From the human T2T-CHM13v2.0 reference genome, Homo sapiens: a DNA stretch of 64,000 nt. Where the stretch lies: NCBI RefSeq assembly GCF_009914755.1, contig NC_060931.1; one strand, written 5' to 3'. This document shows positions 1-35,425 of this stretch, piece by piece; positions within the stretch are counted from its first letter, which is position 1; every line of letters begins with the position of its first letter. Made by a program: the position numbers and the translations under genes. The notes beneath the pieces are model-generated. The model had not been told where the DNA came from and did not search any database. It worked only from the letters and a program-made list of their open reading frames with translations.

Positions 1-371
1 GCAAGTCGTTTCTTTTTTTATCTGCCATCCTGCAAACTGGAAAATTTCTGCTAGTCACTGGTTTCTTTAACTCTTTGGGGCACGGTTTCACTGGTAGGAG
101 GCCTCAGTTTATCCCATGGGCCTCTCCATAGGGCTACTTCAGAGTCCCCACAGCAGCCTCCAGAATGAATATCCCAAGAAAGAAAAGAAAAGTGCCACTA
201 GGGGCCGGGTGTGGTGGCTCACGCCTGTAATCCCAGCACTTTGGAAGTCTGAGGCAGGAGGATCCCTTGAGCCCAGAAGTTCAAGCCAGCCTGGGCAATG
301 TAGGGAGACGCCATCTCTACTAAAAAAAAAAAAAAAAAAGAAGAAGAATTTAGGCCGGGCGTGGTGGCTCA

Positions 372-662
<291 letters not shown>

Positions 663-701
663 TTAGCTGGGTATGGTGGCACACACCTGTGGTCCCAGCT
701 A

Positions 702-1121
<420 letters not shown>

Positions 1122-1521
1122 TTACCACAAGCGCAGCTCTGGGTGCATTGCTTATGAATTAACTCCTGCTTTGCAAGGAGCAGCTCTGGTTCAATAAAAG
1201 ATTGCTGTGTAACACCACCAGCTTACCCTTGAATTCTTTGAGTGAAACCAAAAACCCTCCCAGGCTAATCCACAATTTGGGGGCTTAGCTATATGCCTGT
1301 ATCGGTACTAATTGTCTTCATTATTGTAGCTTTGTTGTAACTTTTGAAGTTGAGAAATGTGAGCCTTCCAACTTTGTTTTTCTTTTTCTAGACTGTTTTG
1401 GCTATTTGAAGTCCCTTGAATTTCCACAAGAATTTTTTTTTTTTAAGTGCCAAGATCTCAGCTCACTGCAACCTCTGCCTCCCAGGTTCAAGCAATTCTC
1501 CCAACTTAGCCTCCCAAGTAG

Positions 1522-1704
<183 letters not shown>

Positions 1705-1920
1705 TGAGCTTGTCAATTTCTGAAAACAAGCCAGCTGGGGATTTGTTTGTTTAGACACAAGATGTCATTCTGTCACCCAGACTGGAGTGCAGTGGCACAA
1801 CTCCTAGCTCACTGCAGCCTGGAACCCCTAGGCTCAAGTGATCCTCTCATCTCAGCCTCCTGAGTACCAGGGAATACAGACACATGCCACCATGCCCTGC
1901 TAATTTTTTAATTTTTGTAG

Positions 1921-2258
<338 letters not shown>

Positions 2259-2290
2259 TGAGGATTTTGACAGGGATTGGTTTATGTCTA

Positions 2291-2575
<285 letters not shown>

Positions 2576-2579
2576 CTAG

Positions 2580-2861
<282 letters not shown>

Positions 2862-4104
2862 TGAGATGTGCACACCACGCCCAGCTAATTTTTATATTTT
2901 TAGTAGAGACGCGGTTTCATCATGTTGGCCAGGCTGGTCTCGAACCCCTGACCTCAGGTGATCAACCCACCTCAGCCTCCCAAGTGCCGCAATTACAGGC
3001 GTGTGAGCCACTGCGCCCGGCTTCAAAAGTACCATTTAATGGCTGACAATTACTTGCCCTGAAATGTGAAACAAAATTCATTTACTACATTGTTTTTAAG
3101 ATAGCACCTGACCTTCAGTAATCGGAAATAATGATTTCCTATAAATAAAAACCACTGCAGTGCTTTTAGTGATTAGTGTACATAGAGTTTTTCCCCTGGC
3201 TGTGACATCATATTATTAAAAGCATTAAGCACCTGGAATTCATGCTGTAGTTGATTTATAAGTTACATAATGTACAAAGCTCCTTTTATAAGAATGTTTT
3301 GTGGTCACAATTACTTCAAAACCCAATTACATTCAAATAATCTAATAGCTCATGCTTTGGCAATTATAGAAGTGTGATTTTGACACATAGAAATTTTATG
3401 AGGTTAGCAAATAAAAAACGCTATAAAAGAGGTGAACAATGGTTCCTCTGTTTAAATTTAGAGTGCAGCAATATTTAGGTAATATTTTTCAGTTAATATA
3501 ATCAGCCTAGAATATAGCATTGTAAATCATACAGTGTTTTAGAAATACGGATCTAAAGAAGGTAATACCTTTTCCAAATTATAAAATTTTGGCAAATCAA
3601 TACAGTACTTTGTAATACAATAAAACTATGTTTTTGTTGGAGTCATATATGACTTTAATCATAATTTCCACTGCAAAAGCACCACCTAAATACTAAATCA
3701 ATTATGAAGGCTTTTCATGACAGTTTATAACAGAGTCAGTTGTTTTACACAAATTAATATGGCTTTTAAAAAATTATATAATTTCTTGGCCGGGCACACT
3801 GGCTCATGACTGTAATCCCAGCACTTTGTGGGGCTGAGACCAGCAAATTGCTGAGCTCAGGAGTTTGAGACCAGCATGGACAACATGGCAAGACCCTGTC
3901 TCTAAAAATAAAAATGTTTTAAAAGCTGCAGAGTTAACACAGTAGAGAAATCATGTGCATATAAAATATGCTACGTTTCCTTCTGGGATTGGTCCAAAAC
4001 TGCTCACAAAAAACTTCAAAACTCTACTTTAAGAAGTTCCAGGCCGGGCACGGTGGCTCACGCCTGTAATCCCAGCACTTTGGGAGGCCGAGGCAGGCGA
4101 ATCA

Positions 4105-4410
<306 letters not shown>

Positions 4411-4670
4411 TTAATGATCAATAGATCATTCGACTAGGGCTTATGCTGGTGGATCTCTTTTGTTTAAAGCTCCAAACTCAGCTGGGCTTGGTGCTTCACG
4501 CCTGTAATCCCAGCACTTTAGGAGGCCAAGGCAGGTGGATCACCTGAGGTCAGAAGTTCGAGACCAGCCTGGCCAACATAGTGAAACCCCCGTCTGTACT
4601 AAAAATACAAAAATTAGACAGGCGTGGTGGCACAGAAAAAAAAAGTCAATTATCCTATTTGGGGATTTAA

Positions 4671-4910
<240 letters not shown>

Positions 4911-5372
4911 TGATCTGCCTGCTTCGGCCTCCCAAAGTACTGGGATTACAGGAGTGAGCCACCACACCACCTCGACCAGCCTTTTCCTCTATAAATTTAA
5001 AAAAAAAAAAAGGCCAGGTGCGGAGGTTCATGCCCGTAATCCCAGCACTTTGGGACGGATCACTGTAATTCCAGCTACTCAGGAGCCTGAGGCAGGAGGA
5101 TCACTTGAACCCAGGAGTCGGAGGTTGCAGTGAACCAAGATTGCTCCACTGCACTCCAGCCTGGGCAACAGAGCAAGACTCCAGCTCAAAAACAAAGAAA
5201 AAAGAAAAAGGCCAGGTAAGGTGACTTACATCTGTAATCCCAGTACTTTGGGAAGCTGAGGCAGGAGGATTGCTTGAGCCCAGGAGTTCAAGGCTACAGT
5301 AAGCTAGTAAGCTATGATTGCACCACTGTGCTGCAGCCTGGGTGACAGAGCCAGACCCTGTCTCATGAAAAA

Positions 5373-5403
<31 letters not shown>

Positions 5404-5551
5404 GGAAGAAAAGTGCCAAATTGTTTCTCAAAGCAGTTCTAGTGATTTATGGTCTCACTTGCAGTATATCAGATTCTTCGTTGTCCAGATCTTTTTAATT
5501 TTTTACAGACTAACAGGTACAATACAGTATCTTACTGTGGTACTAATTTGA

Positions 5552-5893
<342 letters not shown>

Positions 5894-5946
5894 TAGAGAC
5901 AGGGTTTCACCGTGTTAGCCAGGATGGTCTCGATCTCCTGACCTCA

Positions 5947-6285
<339 letters not shown>

Positions 6286-6564
6286 TCAATGAACCCGGGA
6301 GGCGAAAGTTGCAGAGAGATGAGATTGTGCCATTGCATTCCAGCCTGGGCAACAAGAGCGAAACTACGTCTCAAAAAAAAAAATGCATAAGTTTTGTGAA
6401 CAAATATTTCATAATTTTCTCTACTGAGGTCTTAGACTTTTTTTTTTTACATTTTACAGAATACTTCATATCTTCTTTGTCTCTCCCCTTTTTTTTTGCA
6501 ATCACCTTGAAAACATTAAGATTCAGATGGTCCTCTAATTTTCCTGTCTCCTGTTATCCTTTGT

Positions 6565-6565
<1 letters not shown>

Positions 6566-6609
<44 letters not shown>
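6566..6609. repeat. (GT)n microsatellite replacing an Alu tail
   Basis: About 22 GT units between the TSD cctgttatcctttgt (6550-6564 / 6892-6906) and an antisense Alu body. Confidence 0.9.
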
Positions 6610-6612
<3 letters not shown>

Positions 6613-6914
6613 AGACAGAGTCTCACTCTGCTGGACAGGCTGCAGTAGAGTGATGGCATCTCGGCTCGCTGCAACCTCCGCCTCCTGGGCTCAAGTGATT
6701 CTCCTGCTTCAGCCTCCCGAGTAGCTGGGATTATCGGCATGTGCCACCACCCCTAGCTAATTTTTGTATTTTTAGTAGAGACGGGGTTTCACCATGTTGG
6801 CCAGGCTGGTTTCAAACTCTTGACCTCAAGTGATCTGCCCACCTCAGCCTCCCAAACTGCTGGGATTACAGACGTGAGCCACTGCGCCCAGCCTGTTATC
6901 CTTTGTTTTTGGAA

Positions 6915-8160
<1,246 letters not shown>

Positions 8161-8334
8161 TGAGCCCAGAAATTCAAGACCAACCAGCGCCACATAGTGA
8201 GTGAGACCATATTTCTATTAAAAAAAAAACGAAAACAAAAAAAACTTGGCCAACATGACGAAAACCTGCCTCTACTAAAAAAATACAAAAATTAGCCAGG
8301 AATGGTAACACATGCCTGTAATCCCAGCTACTCA

Positions 8335-8469
<135 letters not shown>

Positions 8470-8533
8470 TTATTTATGTAACCAAATACCACCTGTTCAC
8501 CTGTTCCCCAAAAACCTGTTGAAACAAAAATAA

Positions 8534-8934
<401 letters not shown>

Positions 8935-9537
8935 TAAATCCTCCCACCTCAGCCTCCTGAGTAGCTAGGACTACAGGAGTGCACCACCATGCCCAGCTAA
9001 TGTTTTTATGTTTTGTAGAGATGAGGGTCTCATTATGTTGCCCAGGCTCGTCTTGAACTCCTGGGCTCAAGTGATCCATCCTCCTGCCTCAGCTTCCCAA
9101 AGTGCTGGGATTACAGGTGTGAGCAAACATGCCCAGCCTAATATTATTAATACATCGTAGCTGTCCATATTTATAGGGTGCATGTGAAATTTTGTTACGT
9201 GCATAGAAGTGCGATTGTAGGAACCAAGGAAAAAACTTCTGCTTCACCTTCTCAAGGTTTGCTGATAAATCAGCTCACAAAAGGCAGATTAATTGGAAAA
9301 AGGGGGATACAAATTGCATTCACACGTATCTGGGGAGAACCACACCACAGCGTGATTACCCACCACCCCAAAGGCATTCAGACGCTTATATACCATCTTC
9401 TTTTTTTTTTTTAAGTAGAGACTGGGTTTTCGCCATGTTGCCAGGCTGGTCTTGAACTCCTGCACTCAAGTGATCTTCCCCTCTTGGCCTCCCAAAGTGG
9501 CGCTGGGATTACCGCCATGAGCCACTGTGCCTGGCAC

Positions 9538-9695
9538 TATATACATATATATAGATATGTATACATATCTATATCTATAGATATCTATATATCTATAGAT
9601 ATCTATATATCTATATCTATATGTATACATATCTATATATATAGACATGTGTATATATATCTATAGATATCTATATCTATAGATATAGATATACT
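9538..9695. repeat. AT-rich (TA/TATC/TAGA)n low-complexity repeat
   Basis: Direct inspection; contains palindromes. Confidence 0.9.
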
Positions 9696-10487
9696 ATCTT
9701 GCAGATACAGAAAGAATAGGGGTTTGGATCCTGGTAAAACAGGTTATGGCAGGGGGAAGAAAGAGGAATTCTATTGAGGGGACATAAAAGATTACTGGGG
9801 GCTAGGCAGAGTGGCTCATGCCTGTAATCCTAGCACTTTGGGAGGCCAAGGTGGGCAGATCACTTGAGGTCAGGAGTTCGAGACCAGCCTGGCCAACATG
9901 GCGAAACCCTGTCTCTACTCAAAACACAAAAATTAGCCAGTCATGGTGGCACATAGCTGAAATCCCAGCTACTCAGGAGGCTGAGGCAGGAGAATCACTT
10001 GAACCCAGGAGGAGGAAGTTGCAGTGAGCTGAGATGGCATCACTGCACTCCAGCCTGGGTGACAGAGTGAGACTCCATCTCAATAAAAATAAAAATAAAA
10101 ATAAAGCATTGCTGGGGAGAATGAATGGATTTAGGAACAGAGATTAACTTGTACATAATTCTCTTTGGAATTTCAATGAGCCTGAGGGAGACATTATCTT
10201 GCGGAAGAGTCTGTTCAGGTGTGGTTCCATTCTTGATTTTATAGAAAGGAGAAGAAAAAAAAACAATTGTTTTCCTTGTTGAGGGGGGATGTCTGGATCT
10301 TAGGCAGAGAAAGTAACTTCAACTTCATCCTGTGCTGTGGGAGAAAAGACGGTCTTTTAGACACAGTTTATCGTTACTGCTGCTTTTCCTGTGTTTGGCC
10401 TATACCTTCCTGCCTCTTTGAATGATGGGTAGACCAGAGTTTGTGAGTCAATTTGTATTAGCTGTGTGATCTGGAGCAAGCTACTGT

Positions 10488-13722
<3,235 letters not shown>

Positions 13723-13723
13723 G

Positions 13724-16300
<2,577 letters not shown>

Positions 16301-16354
16301 CCCCTCCTCTCCCCTCCCCTCCTCTTCCCTTCCCTTCCCTTCCCCTTTCTTTGA

Positions 16355-17522
<1,168 letters not shown>

Positions 17523-18371
17523 CAATCACAGCTCACTGCAACCTCCCACCTCCCAGGCTCAAGTGTTCCTCCTGCCTCAGCCTCCCAAAGTGCTGGGATT
17601 GCAGGCATGAGCCACCATGCCCAGCCAGTCATTTTCTTTGGTTTACACTACTTTACCTCCCTGAGCCTTATTTTCCCCAAATGAGAGGTAGAAACTCCTC
17701 TGTTGGGAGGATTAAATGAGATATGTCTCAAATTTTTGTTGAAAACTGGACATTTTATTTTATCTTATTTTACTTATTTTTGAGACAAGGTCTCACTCAC
17801 TCTGTCACTCAGGCTAGAGTGCAGTGGTGCAATCTTGGCTCCCTGAAAGCTTAACCTCCTGGGCTCAAGTGATCCTCCTGTCTCAGCCTCCTGAGCAGCT
17901 GGGACTATAGGCTCCAGCCACCACACTTGGCTAATTTATTTTTATTTTTATTTTTTGTAGAGACAGAGTCTCACTATGTTGCCTAGGATGGTCTGGAACT
18001 CCTGGGCTCAAGTGGTTCTCCTGACTCGGCCCCACAAAGTGCTGGCATTACAGGTGTGAGCCATGGCACCCAGCAAAAACTGGACATTTTAAATCATGTA
18101 TTGTAATTCTAAATTCTGATGTCCTGGTGGTAGCTGTTGTAGATTTTGACATTGTTGTTGTTTGCTGGTTGTCTGTTTGGTTGTTTAATAACTTGAAGCC
18201 ACTAAAGGAAGCCTCTGTTTTGTTTTGTGATTCTTGCTTTTATTTTCAAGACTGGCTTCCTAGGGGTCCATCTCTGAATCAGCATTGCTTAGTGCCCAGC
18301 CACTGTTTGGTCAGAAGGTTTCCGTAAACACCTTGACACACTAAGCCTTCCTTGGTCAAGAGGACCTGTGA

Positions 18372-18602
<231 letters not shown>

Positions 18603-18666
18603 TAGTAGAGATGGGGTTTCACCACCATGTTGGCCAGGCTGGTCTGGAACCCTCGACTTCAAGTGA

Positions 18667-18919
<253 letters not shown>

Positions 18920-18970
18920 TAGTAGAGATGGGGTTTCACCATGTTGACCAGGCAGGTCTCGAACTCCTGA

Positions 18971-19565
<595 letters not shown>

Positions 19566-19686
19566 GCCCAGGCACAGTGGCTCACGCCTGTAATCCCAGC
19601 ACTTTGGGAGGCCGAGGCAGGTGGATTGCCTGAAGTCAGGAGTTCAAGACCAGCCTGAACAACATGGAGAAATCCCGTCTCTACTA

Positions 19687-19845
<159 letters not shown>

Positions 19846-20913
19846 TTAACCATAAACTCTTCATTTGCTTTTGTTTTTCTTTTCTTTTTTTTTGAGACGG
19901 AGTCTCGCTCTGTTGCCCACGGGTTCCACCGTGTTAGCCAGGATGGTCTCGATCTCTTGACCTTGTGATCCGCCAGCCTCGGCCTCCCAAAGTGCTGGGA
20001 TTACAGGTATGAGCCACCACCCACGGCCTGTTTTTCATTTTATTGTCTGAGAATCCCTTGCAGCCTGGGGGCATAGATTCGGGGAATTCTCCCACTCCTC
20101 ACTTTCTTTTCTTCCTTAGGAATATCTTGGCCAGGTGCAGTGGCTTACACCTGAAATCCCAGAACTTTGGCAAGCTAAGGCAGGAGGAATGCTTGAGGTC
20201 AGGAGTTTGAGACCCGCCTGGGGAACAAAGTGAGATCCTATCTCTATTTAAAAAATAAGAATAATGGCCAGTCTTGGGGGATCACTCCTGTAATCCCAGA
20301 ACTTTGGAAGGCAGAGGTGGGAGGATCACTTGAACCCACAAGGTTGAGGCTGCAGTGAGACGAGATTGTTCTGCCACACTCCAGCCTGGGTGGCAGAGTG
20401 AGACCCTGTCTCAAAACAACAACAACAATTAAAAAAAAAAAAAAAAGAATATCTTTATTTCTGACTTGGGGGCTTGCAGGTGGCTGAACTATTTCTGTGG
20501 AATGATCTGGAAACCCACACATATGTGAAGCCAGGTCAGGGCTTTGAATTCTTTGAATTATCAGGCTGAGGCAGGCAAGTTTGTCACTCCTCAAGGTAGA
20601 TGAACTCATGATCTCCAGTCTACCCTTTCACAGACTGTGTGGCTTTTCAAGGATCACATTTCAAAGGGATCTCAGGCACAATTTCCATTTGAACTGGGTC
20701 CAGATACAATTTCCATTTGAACTGGACCTCAATGTAGTAGTCTCTCATTGTTTGAAGTATCACTCGGAGTTCTTTGTCTCACAACCATGAAAATTAAGGA
20801 GCATGGGCACCAAGGATGAGGCTGGAGTGAAAGTTTAATAAGCTAAAGAAGAAAGCTCTCTGCCGTGGAGAGGGGGTCTGAAAGAGGCCATTATTATTTA
20901 TTTATTTATTTGA

Positions 20914-21018
<105 letters not shown>

Positions 21019-21902
21019 TGAGTAGCTGGGATTATAGGCATGCACCACCACACCCAGTTAATTTTGTATTTTCAGTAGAGACGGGGTTTCTCCATGTTGG
21101 TCAGGCTAGTGTCGAACTCTCCTCAGGAGATCCACCCACCTCGGCCTCCCAAAGTACTGGGATTACAGGCATGAGCCACCGTGCCCAGCCAAAAGAGGCC
21201 ATTTTTACAGTTGAATGCAAAAGCTTTTATAAGAAACCAATGAGGGCTGGGCATTTCATTTACATAAGGTGTGAATTTCTCCTATCTCCACCCCATCCTT
21301 CTAATGCGCATGGGGGCCCTTAGCTTAATTTACTCCATATTGCTTTAATTTTTTTTTAAATTAGCCATATTTTGCAAAAAAAAAAAAAAAAAGTGCATAC
21401 ATCCTATAATGTCCTATTTTATCTAGTAACTCTAGCCTAGGGCCTCATCTCCTGACCTGACACGGGCATTAAAGCAAGCTCCTGGCCACTGACCCTCAGT
21501 GACCATTCAGAGCAGAGACGTGATCAATTCATTGCCTATCATCTGTGGCGTTTAGTTTCCTCTTTGTTTCTGGATTCCTAGGATTTCCCTTTCTTTCATG
21601 GGAGCTCAACTGGGCATTGAAAATAATTTTTTTTAATTGTATTAAACATTTCAAAGAGTTTCAATAGGAAGGTTTTCTGGTTCTCCCTGCCTGGCAAATC
21701 AGAAACATATGGAGAGGTTTTTCAGTACATGTTTCATAGCCCTTCTTTCTCTGCCAAAATTCTGATATAGCCCCCTGGAGAACAACAAAATCTGGATGGA
21801 GTTTGGGCCAGAATTGGGGTGGGGTATAGATTGGCTCCTATGTGCTTGGAAAATAACTCACAACCCACTTTCCCAGTGTTGATTCAATTCTTTGTGTCTT
21901 AG

Positions 21903-22370
<468 letters not shown>

Positions 22371-22842
22371 TGAGCCACCACGCCCGGCCAATTTTTTGTA
22401 TTTTTAGTACAGACAGGGTTTCACCATGTTAGCCAGGTTGGTCTTGATCTCCCGACCTTGTGATCCGCCCGTCTTGGCCTCCCAAAGTGCTGGGATTACA
22501 GGTGTGAGCCAGCACGCCCGGCCCTGGCTAAGTCTTAGACTTTTGTTTCCCCAACGTCTAACACAGTTTCATGGCCCATAGAAGATACTGAGTGCATGAA
22601 TGAGGAATGCACGAATGACTCTTGGCAGACACTTCGTGGTCAGCATAAAAGAGGGAGAAAGCTGGCTGGGCAAAGTGGCTCACACCTGCAATCCCAGCAC
22701 TTTGGGAGGCCGAGGCCAGTGGATCACGGGAGGCTGAGGCTGGTTCAAGACCAGCCTGGCCAACGTGGTGAAACCCATCTCTACTAAAAATACAAAAAAT
22801 TAGTTGGGCGTGATGGCAGGCGCCTATAATCCCAGCTATTCA

Positions 22843-22947
<105 letters not shown>

Positions 22948-23678
22948 TCAAAAAAAAAAAAAAAAAAAGGGGGGAGGGAGCGGATAAAGCTTATCTTGCA
23001 TGTCTAATATATGATCAAACTAGATGGTACCCGATACAGCAGAGCACATAGTAATTGCTCGAGAAAGGTCATTATCCAGCAGAGCACAGTGGTTCATGCC
23101 TGTAATTCCAGCACTTTGGGAGGCTGAGGCAGGAGAATCATTTGAGGCCAGGAGTTCAAGACCAGCCTGGGCAACATTATGAGACCATCCCCCATCTCTA
23201 CAGAAAAGTTTTTACAAATTAGCTGGGCATGGTGGGGTGTGCCTGTAGTCCCACCTACTTGGGAGGCTGAGGTGTGAGCATCACTTGAACCCAGGAATTT
23301 GACGCTGCAGTGAGCTGTGATTGCACTGCTGCACTCCAGCCTTGGTGGCAGAGTGAGACTCCAGATAAATAAATAAATGGAGGAGCTCACCACCATCCCC
23401 ATGGGCTGAGCCAGGCTCGCACCACTGCACTCCAGCCTGGGCGACAGAGCGAGACCCTGTCTCAGAAAATAAAAAGAATTTTTTTTTTTTTTGAGACACA
23501 GTCTCGCTCTGTCGCCCAGGCTGGAGTGCAGCGGTGTGATCAGGGCTTACTGCAGCCTTGCACTTTTTGATGTTGTTGTTGTTCTTAGTTTCTTTGTTTG
23601 TGTTTAACGCTAAAAGATATCCTCCAGCAGAGAGCTGGTGCCATCAACAAGGAAAGAGAAAAAAGGAGAAGGGGCTCA

Positions 23679-24394
<716 letters not shown>

Positions 24395-24432
24395 TCAAAA
24401 GGAAATCCATATGGCCCTTGAGAACTTGTTGA

Positions 24433-24833
<401 letters not shown>

Positions 24834-24899
24834 TAGTTTTTGAATCTTGCATATTGTGCAAGTAAACTTACTTTTTTTTTTTTTTTTTTTTTGAGATAG

Positions 24900-24998
<99 letters not shown>

Positions 24999-25095
24999 TG
25001 AACAGCTGGGACTACAGACGTGTGCCACCACACCCAGCTAATTTTTGTATTTTTAGTAGAGACGGGGTTTCACCAAGTTGGTCAGGCTAGTCTCA

Positions 25096-25768
<673 letters not shown>

Positions 25769-26107
25769 TCAAAAAAAAGAAAAAAAGTCGTCCTGATCCT
25801 ACTCAACTTTGTGCCCCACCCCCAAACTGGAAACGGGCAGGGCCTATTCCAAAGCCCTGAGGCTTCCTCTCCGGCCTGGCTGACCTCCAGGCTGGCTAAT
25901 CCATTCATCAGCCACTTCCTAGGTCCAAATTCAAGGTATGGAATCCAGGCCAACCACTTCCTTCTATCTTGACCTCCACCAAGGACCTGGGAGACCTGGA
26001 CAAGGGCAGGGTTAGAATGCAGGTTCCACGCCCTGGGATTAGGCTATGACCTGAGCCGTCCCAGCTACTAGGGCAGTGATGAGTTCCTCCTTCCTTTCTA
26101 CGGCTGC

Positions 26108-26240
26108 CCTGTCCAGTATGAAAGCCTCTAGCCACATGTGGCTACTTAATCTTAAATGAAAAGTAATTCAAATGAAATATAATTGAAAAGTCAGTTCCTC
26201 AGTCACATTGGCTACATTTCCCAGTGCTTGATAGCTCAGC
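26108..26240. mobile_element. MER3/MER33-like hAT DNA transposon fragment
   Basis: ctgtcc...tagccacatgtggctac...ttcctcagtcacattggctacattt. Confidence 0.6.
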
Positions 26241-26348
26241 GAATAGCTCCCTGTGTATTTCTGATTTTGCATGCAAAATAATCTGGTCCAGGTGTGGTGG
26301 CTCACGCCTGTAATCCCAGCACTTTGGGAGGTCGAGGAGGGCGGATCA

Positions 26349-26623
<275 letters not shown>

Positions 26624-26754
26624 TTAAAATGGTCAATAAAATGTAAGAAAAATTTATTTCGGCCAGGCGCGGTGGCTCACGCCTGTAATCCCAGCACTTT
26701 TGGAGGCCGAGGCAGGCGGATCATGAGGTCAGGAGATTGAGGCCATCCTGGCTA

Positions 26755-26958
<204 letters not shown>

Positions 26959-27865
26959 TTATTTCAAATTCACAGCTGCATTTCCAAGAAAGAAAAGGAA
27001 ATCTCCAAAGGCAGAAACGAGAAAAGACTGATCCATGCAAAGAACAACTGGTGAGCTCTCATTGCTTCTGCCCCGGAGTGAGGATGGGGTGAGCAATCGG
27101 GGCTTATGTTTTGGTTATTTATTTATTATTATTATTGTAAGACAGGGTCTTGCTCTGTCACCCAGGCTGGAAGGCAGTGGCACAACCATAGCTCACTGCA
27201 GCCTCGAGCTCTTGGGCTCAAGTCATCCTCCTGCCTCCGCATCCTGATTAGCTGGGACAACAGGTGTGCACTAGCACAACTGGATAATGTTTTAAAGTTT
27301 TTGGAGAGATGGGGGTCTTGCCACGTTGCCTGGGGCTGGTTTTAAACTCATAGTCTCAAGCAATCCTCCTGCCTCTGCCTCCCAAAGTGTTTGGATTACA
27401 GGTGTGAGCCACCGCACCTGGCCAGGGCTTGTGTTTTATTTTTTATTTATTAATTAATTTATTTTTTGAGACAGAGTCTTGCTCTGTCCCCCAGGCTGGA
27501 GTGCAATAGCGTGATGTCAGCTCACTGCAACCTCCGCCTCCCGGGTTCAAGTGATTCTCGTGCCTTGGCCTCCTGAGTAATTGGGATTAGAGGGATGCGC
27601 AGCCACGCCCAGCTAGTTTTTGTATTTTTAGTAGAGATGGGGTTTTATCACGTTGGCCAGGCTGCTCTTGAACTCCTGATCTCAGGTGATCCACCTGCCT
27701 TGGCCTGCGAAAGTGTTTGGATGACAGGTGTGAGCCACTACACCTTGCCAAGGCTTGTTTTAAATCCCATGTGGGGTACGGGAGACAAGCGGAGGCCCAC
27801 CTAAGGTACAGAGTTAGAACTGAGATCACTTCATCCTTCAGGAGCCACACCTTCACCAAAAGGAC

Positions 27866-29525
<1,660 letters not shown>

Positions 29526-29762
29526 TAGGATCAGCTTGAGAACATGTACCCATCTACACAGAGAAGTGACAAGCAAGCTTATCCGTTTCAGCCTGAGAAT
29601 TCAAAACTCCTAAGAAAAGGAGAATAGCTTGGAGCAATCTAGGGCCTGTGATGTAAGCAGGTCCAGAAAGACACGTGAATGGGAATTCAGGCATGACCCC
29701 CATACCCGCACCAACCCTCTCCCCTACCCTCCCTCCCTAATCCATGCCCAAGGGGCGATTTT

Positions 29763-29805
<43 letters not shown>

Positions 29806-29812
29806 TTTTTGA

Positions 29813-30404
<592 letters not shown>

Positions 30405-31367
30405 TAAAGTCATTTTCTTCCCAAGTTGCTGTCTCATCCATTATCTTTGTTTGTTTGTTCGTTTGAGACAGAGTTTCGCTCTTGTTGCCCACGCTGGAGT
30501 GTAATGGCCCGATCTTGGCTCACGGCAACCGCCGCCTCCCAGATTCAAGTGATTCTCCTGCCTCAGACTCCCTCCTAGTAGCTGAGATTACAGGCACCCA
30601 ACACGACGCCCAGCTAATTTTTTGTATTTTTAGTAGAGAAGGGGTTTCACTATGTTGGCCAGGCTGGTCTCAAACTCCTGACCTCGGGTGATCCACCTGT
30701 CTCAGCCTCCCAAAGTGCTGCGATTACAGCTCCATTATCTTTAAATTCTCACAATCAGTGATACAAATAACAATGTGTAGCCAATCAATAGCTCACGTTA
30801 TTGTCATATAAATTCCTGGTAACTAATTTAGGAAACTGCCTCTTCTTTTCCATTAAAAACCTCCTTGTGTTGGATTCCATGGTTCAGGCCTGTAATCCCA
30901 GCACTTTGGGAAGCTGAGGCAGAAGGGGGATTGCTTGATGCCAGGAGTTTGAGACCAGCCTGGGCAACACAGCGAGACCCTATCTCTACAACAAATTAAA
31001 AAATTAGCTGGGTGTGGTAGCACATGCTTATAGTCTGAGCTACTCAGGAGACTGAGATAGGAGGATCGCTTGAGCCCAGGAGTTGGAGGCTGCAGTGAAC
31101 TATGATGGCGCCACTGCACTCCAGCCTGGGCAACAGAGCAAGACCCTGACTCAAAAAAAACCTATTTGTGGCCAGGCAAGGTGGCTCATGCCTGTAATCC
31201 CAGGACTTTGGGAGCCCAAGGCAGGTGGATCACCTGAAGCCAAGAGTTCAAGACCAGGCTGGCCAACATGGTGAAACCCCGTCTCTATTAAAAATACAAA
31301 AATTAGCCGGCTGTGGTGGCAGGCACCTGTAATCTCAGCTACTCAGGAGACTGAGGCACAAGAATCA

Positions 31368-31745
<378 letters not shown>

Positions 31746-32022
31746 TCAAAAAAATAAAGAAAAGAAAAGTAAACAAAAAACAACCTATTTGTAACTGCTG
31801 CTTATCAGAGTGTACATTCAGGACAACTGGAATCTATGCTCCCAAGCTGTAACCCTCAAGCTTGCCCCAAATAAACTCTCTCCTTATATAAGTTTGTCCT
31901 CATTTATTGCTTTTAGGTTGACACTCCCAACCTTGCATCACATGGTTTCAGATACCTGTTGACTGGACAGGAGTGGTCCAGGAACTCCCTAGTCAACCAC
32001 TGACAGAAATATTGAGCCCAGT

Positions 32023-34054
<2,032 letters not shown>

Positions 34055-34184
34055 TGAGAAACAGAAGAAGGAGAGGCCCAAAGTGTCCAGAATGTATGAT
34101 AACCACCTGAAAAACGGGACAAAATAGAGCTATTAAAAATGATTTTATAAGGCCAGGCAAGGTGGCTCACACCTGTAATCTCAA

Positions 34185-35425
<1,241 letters not shown>

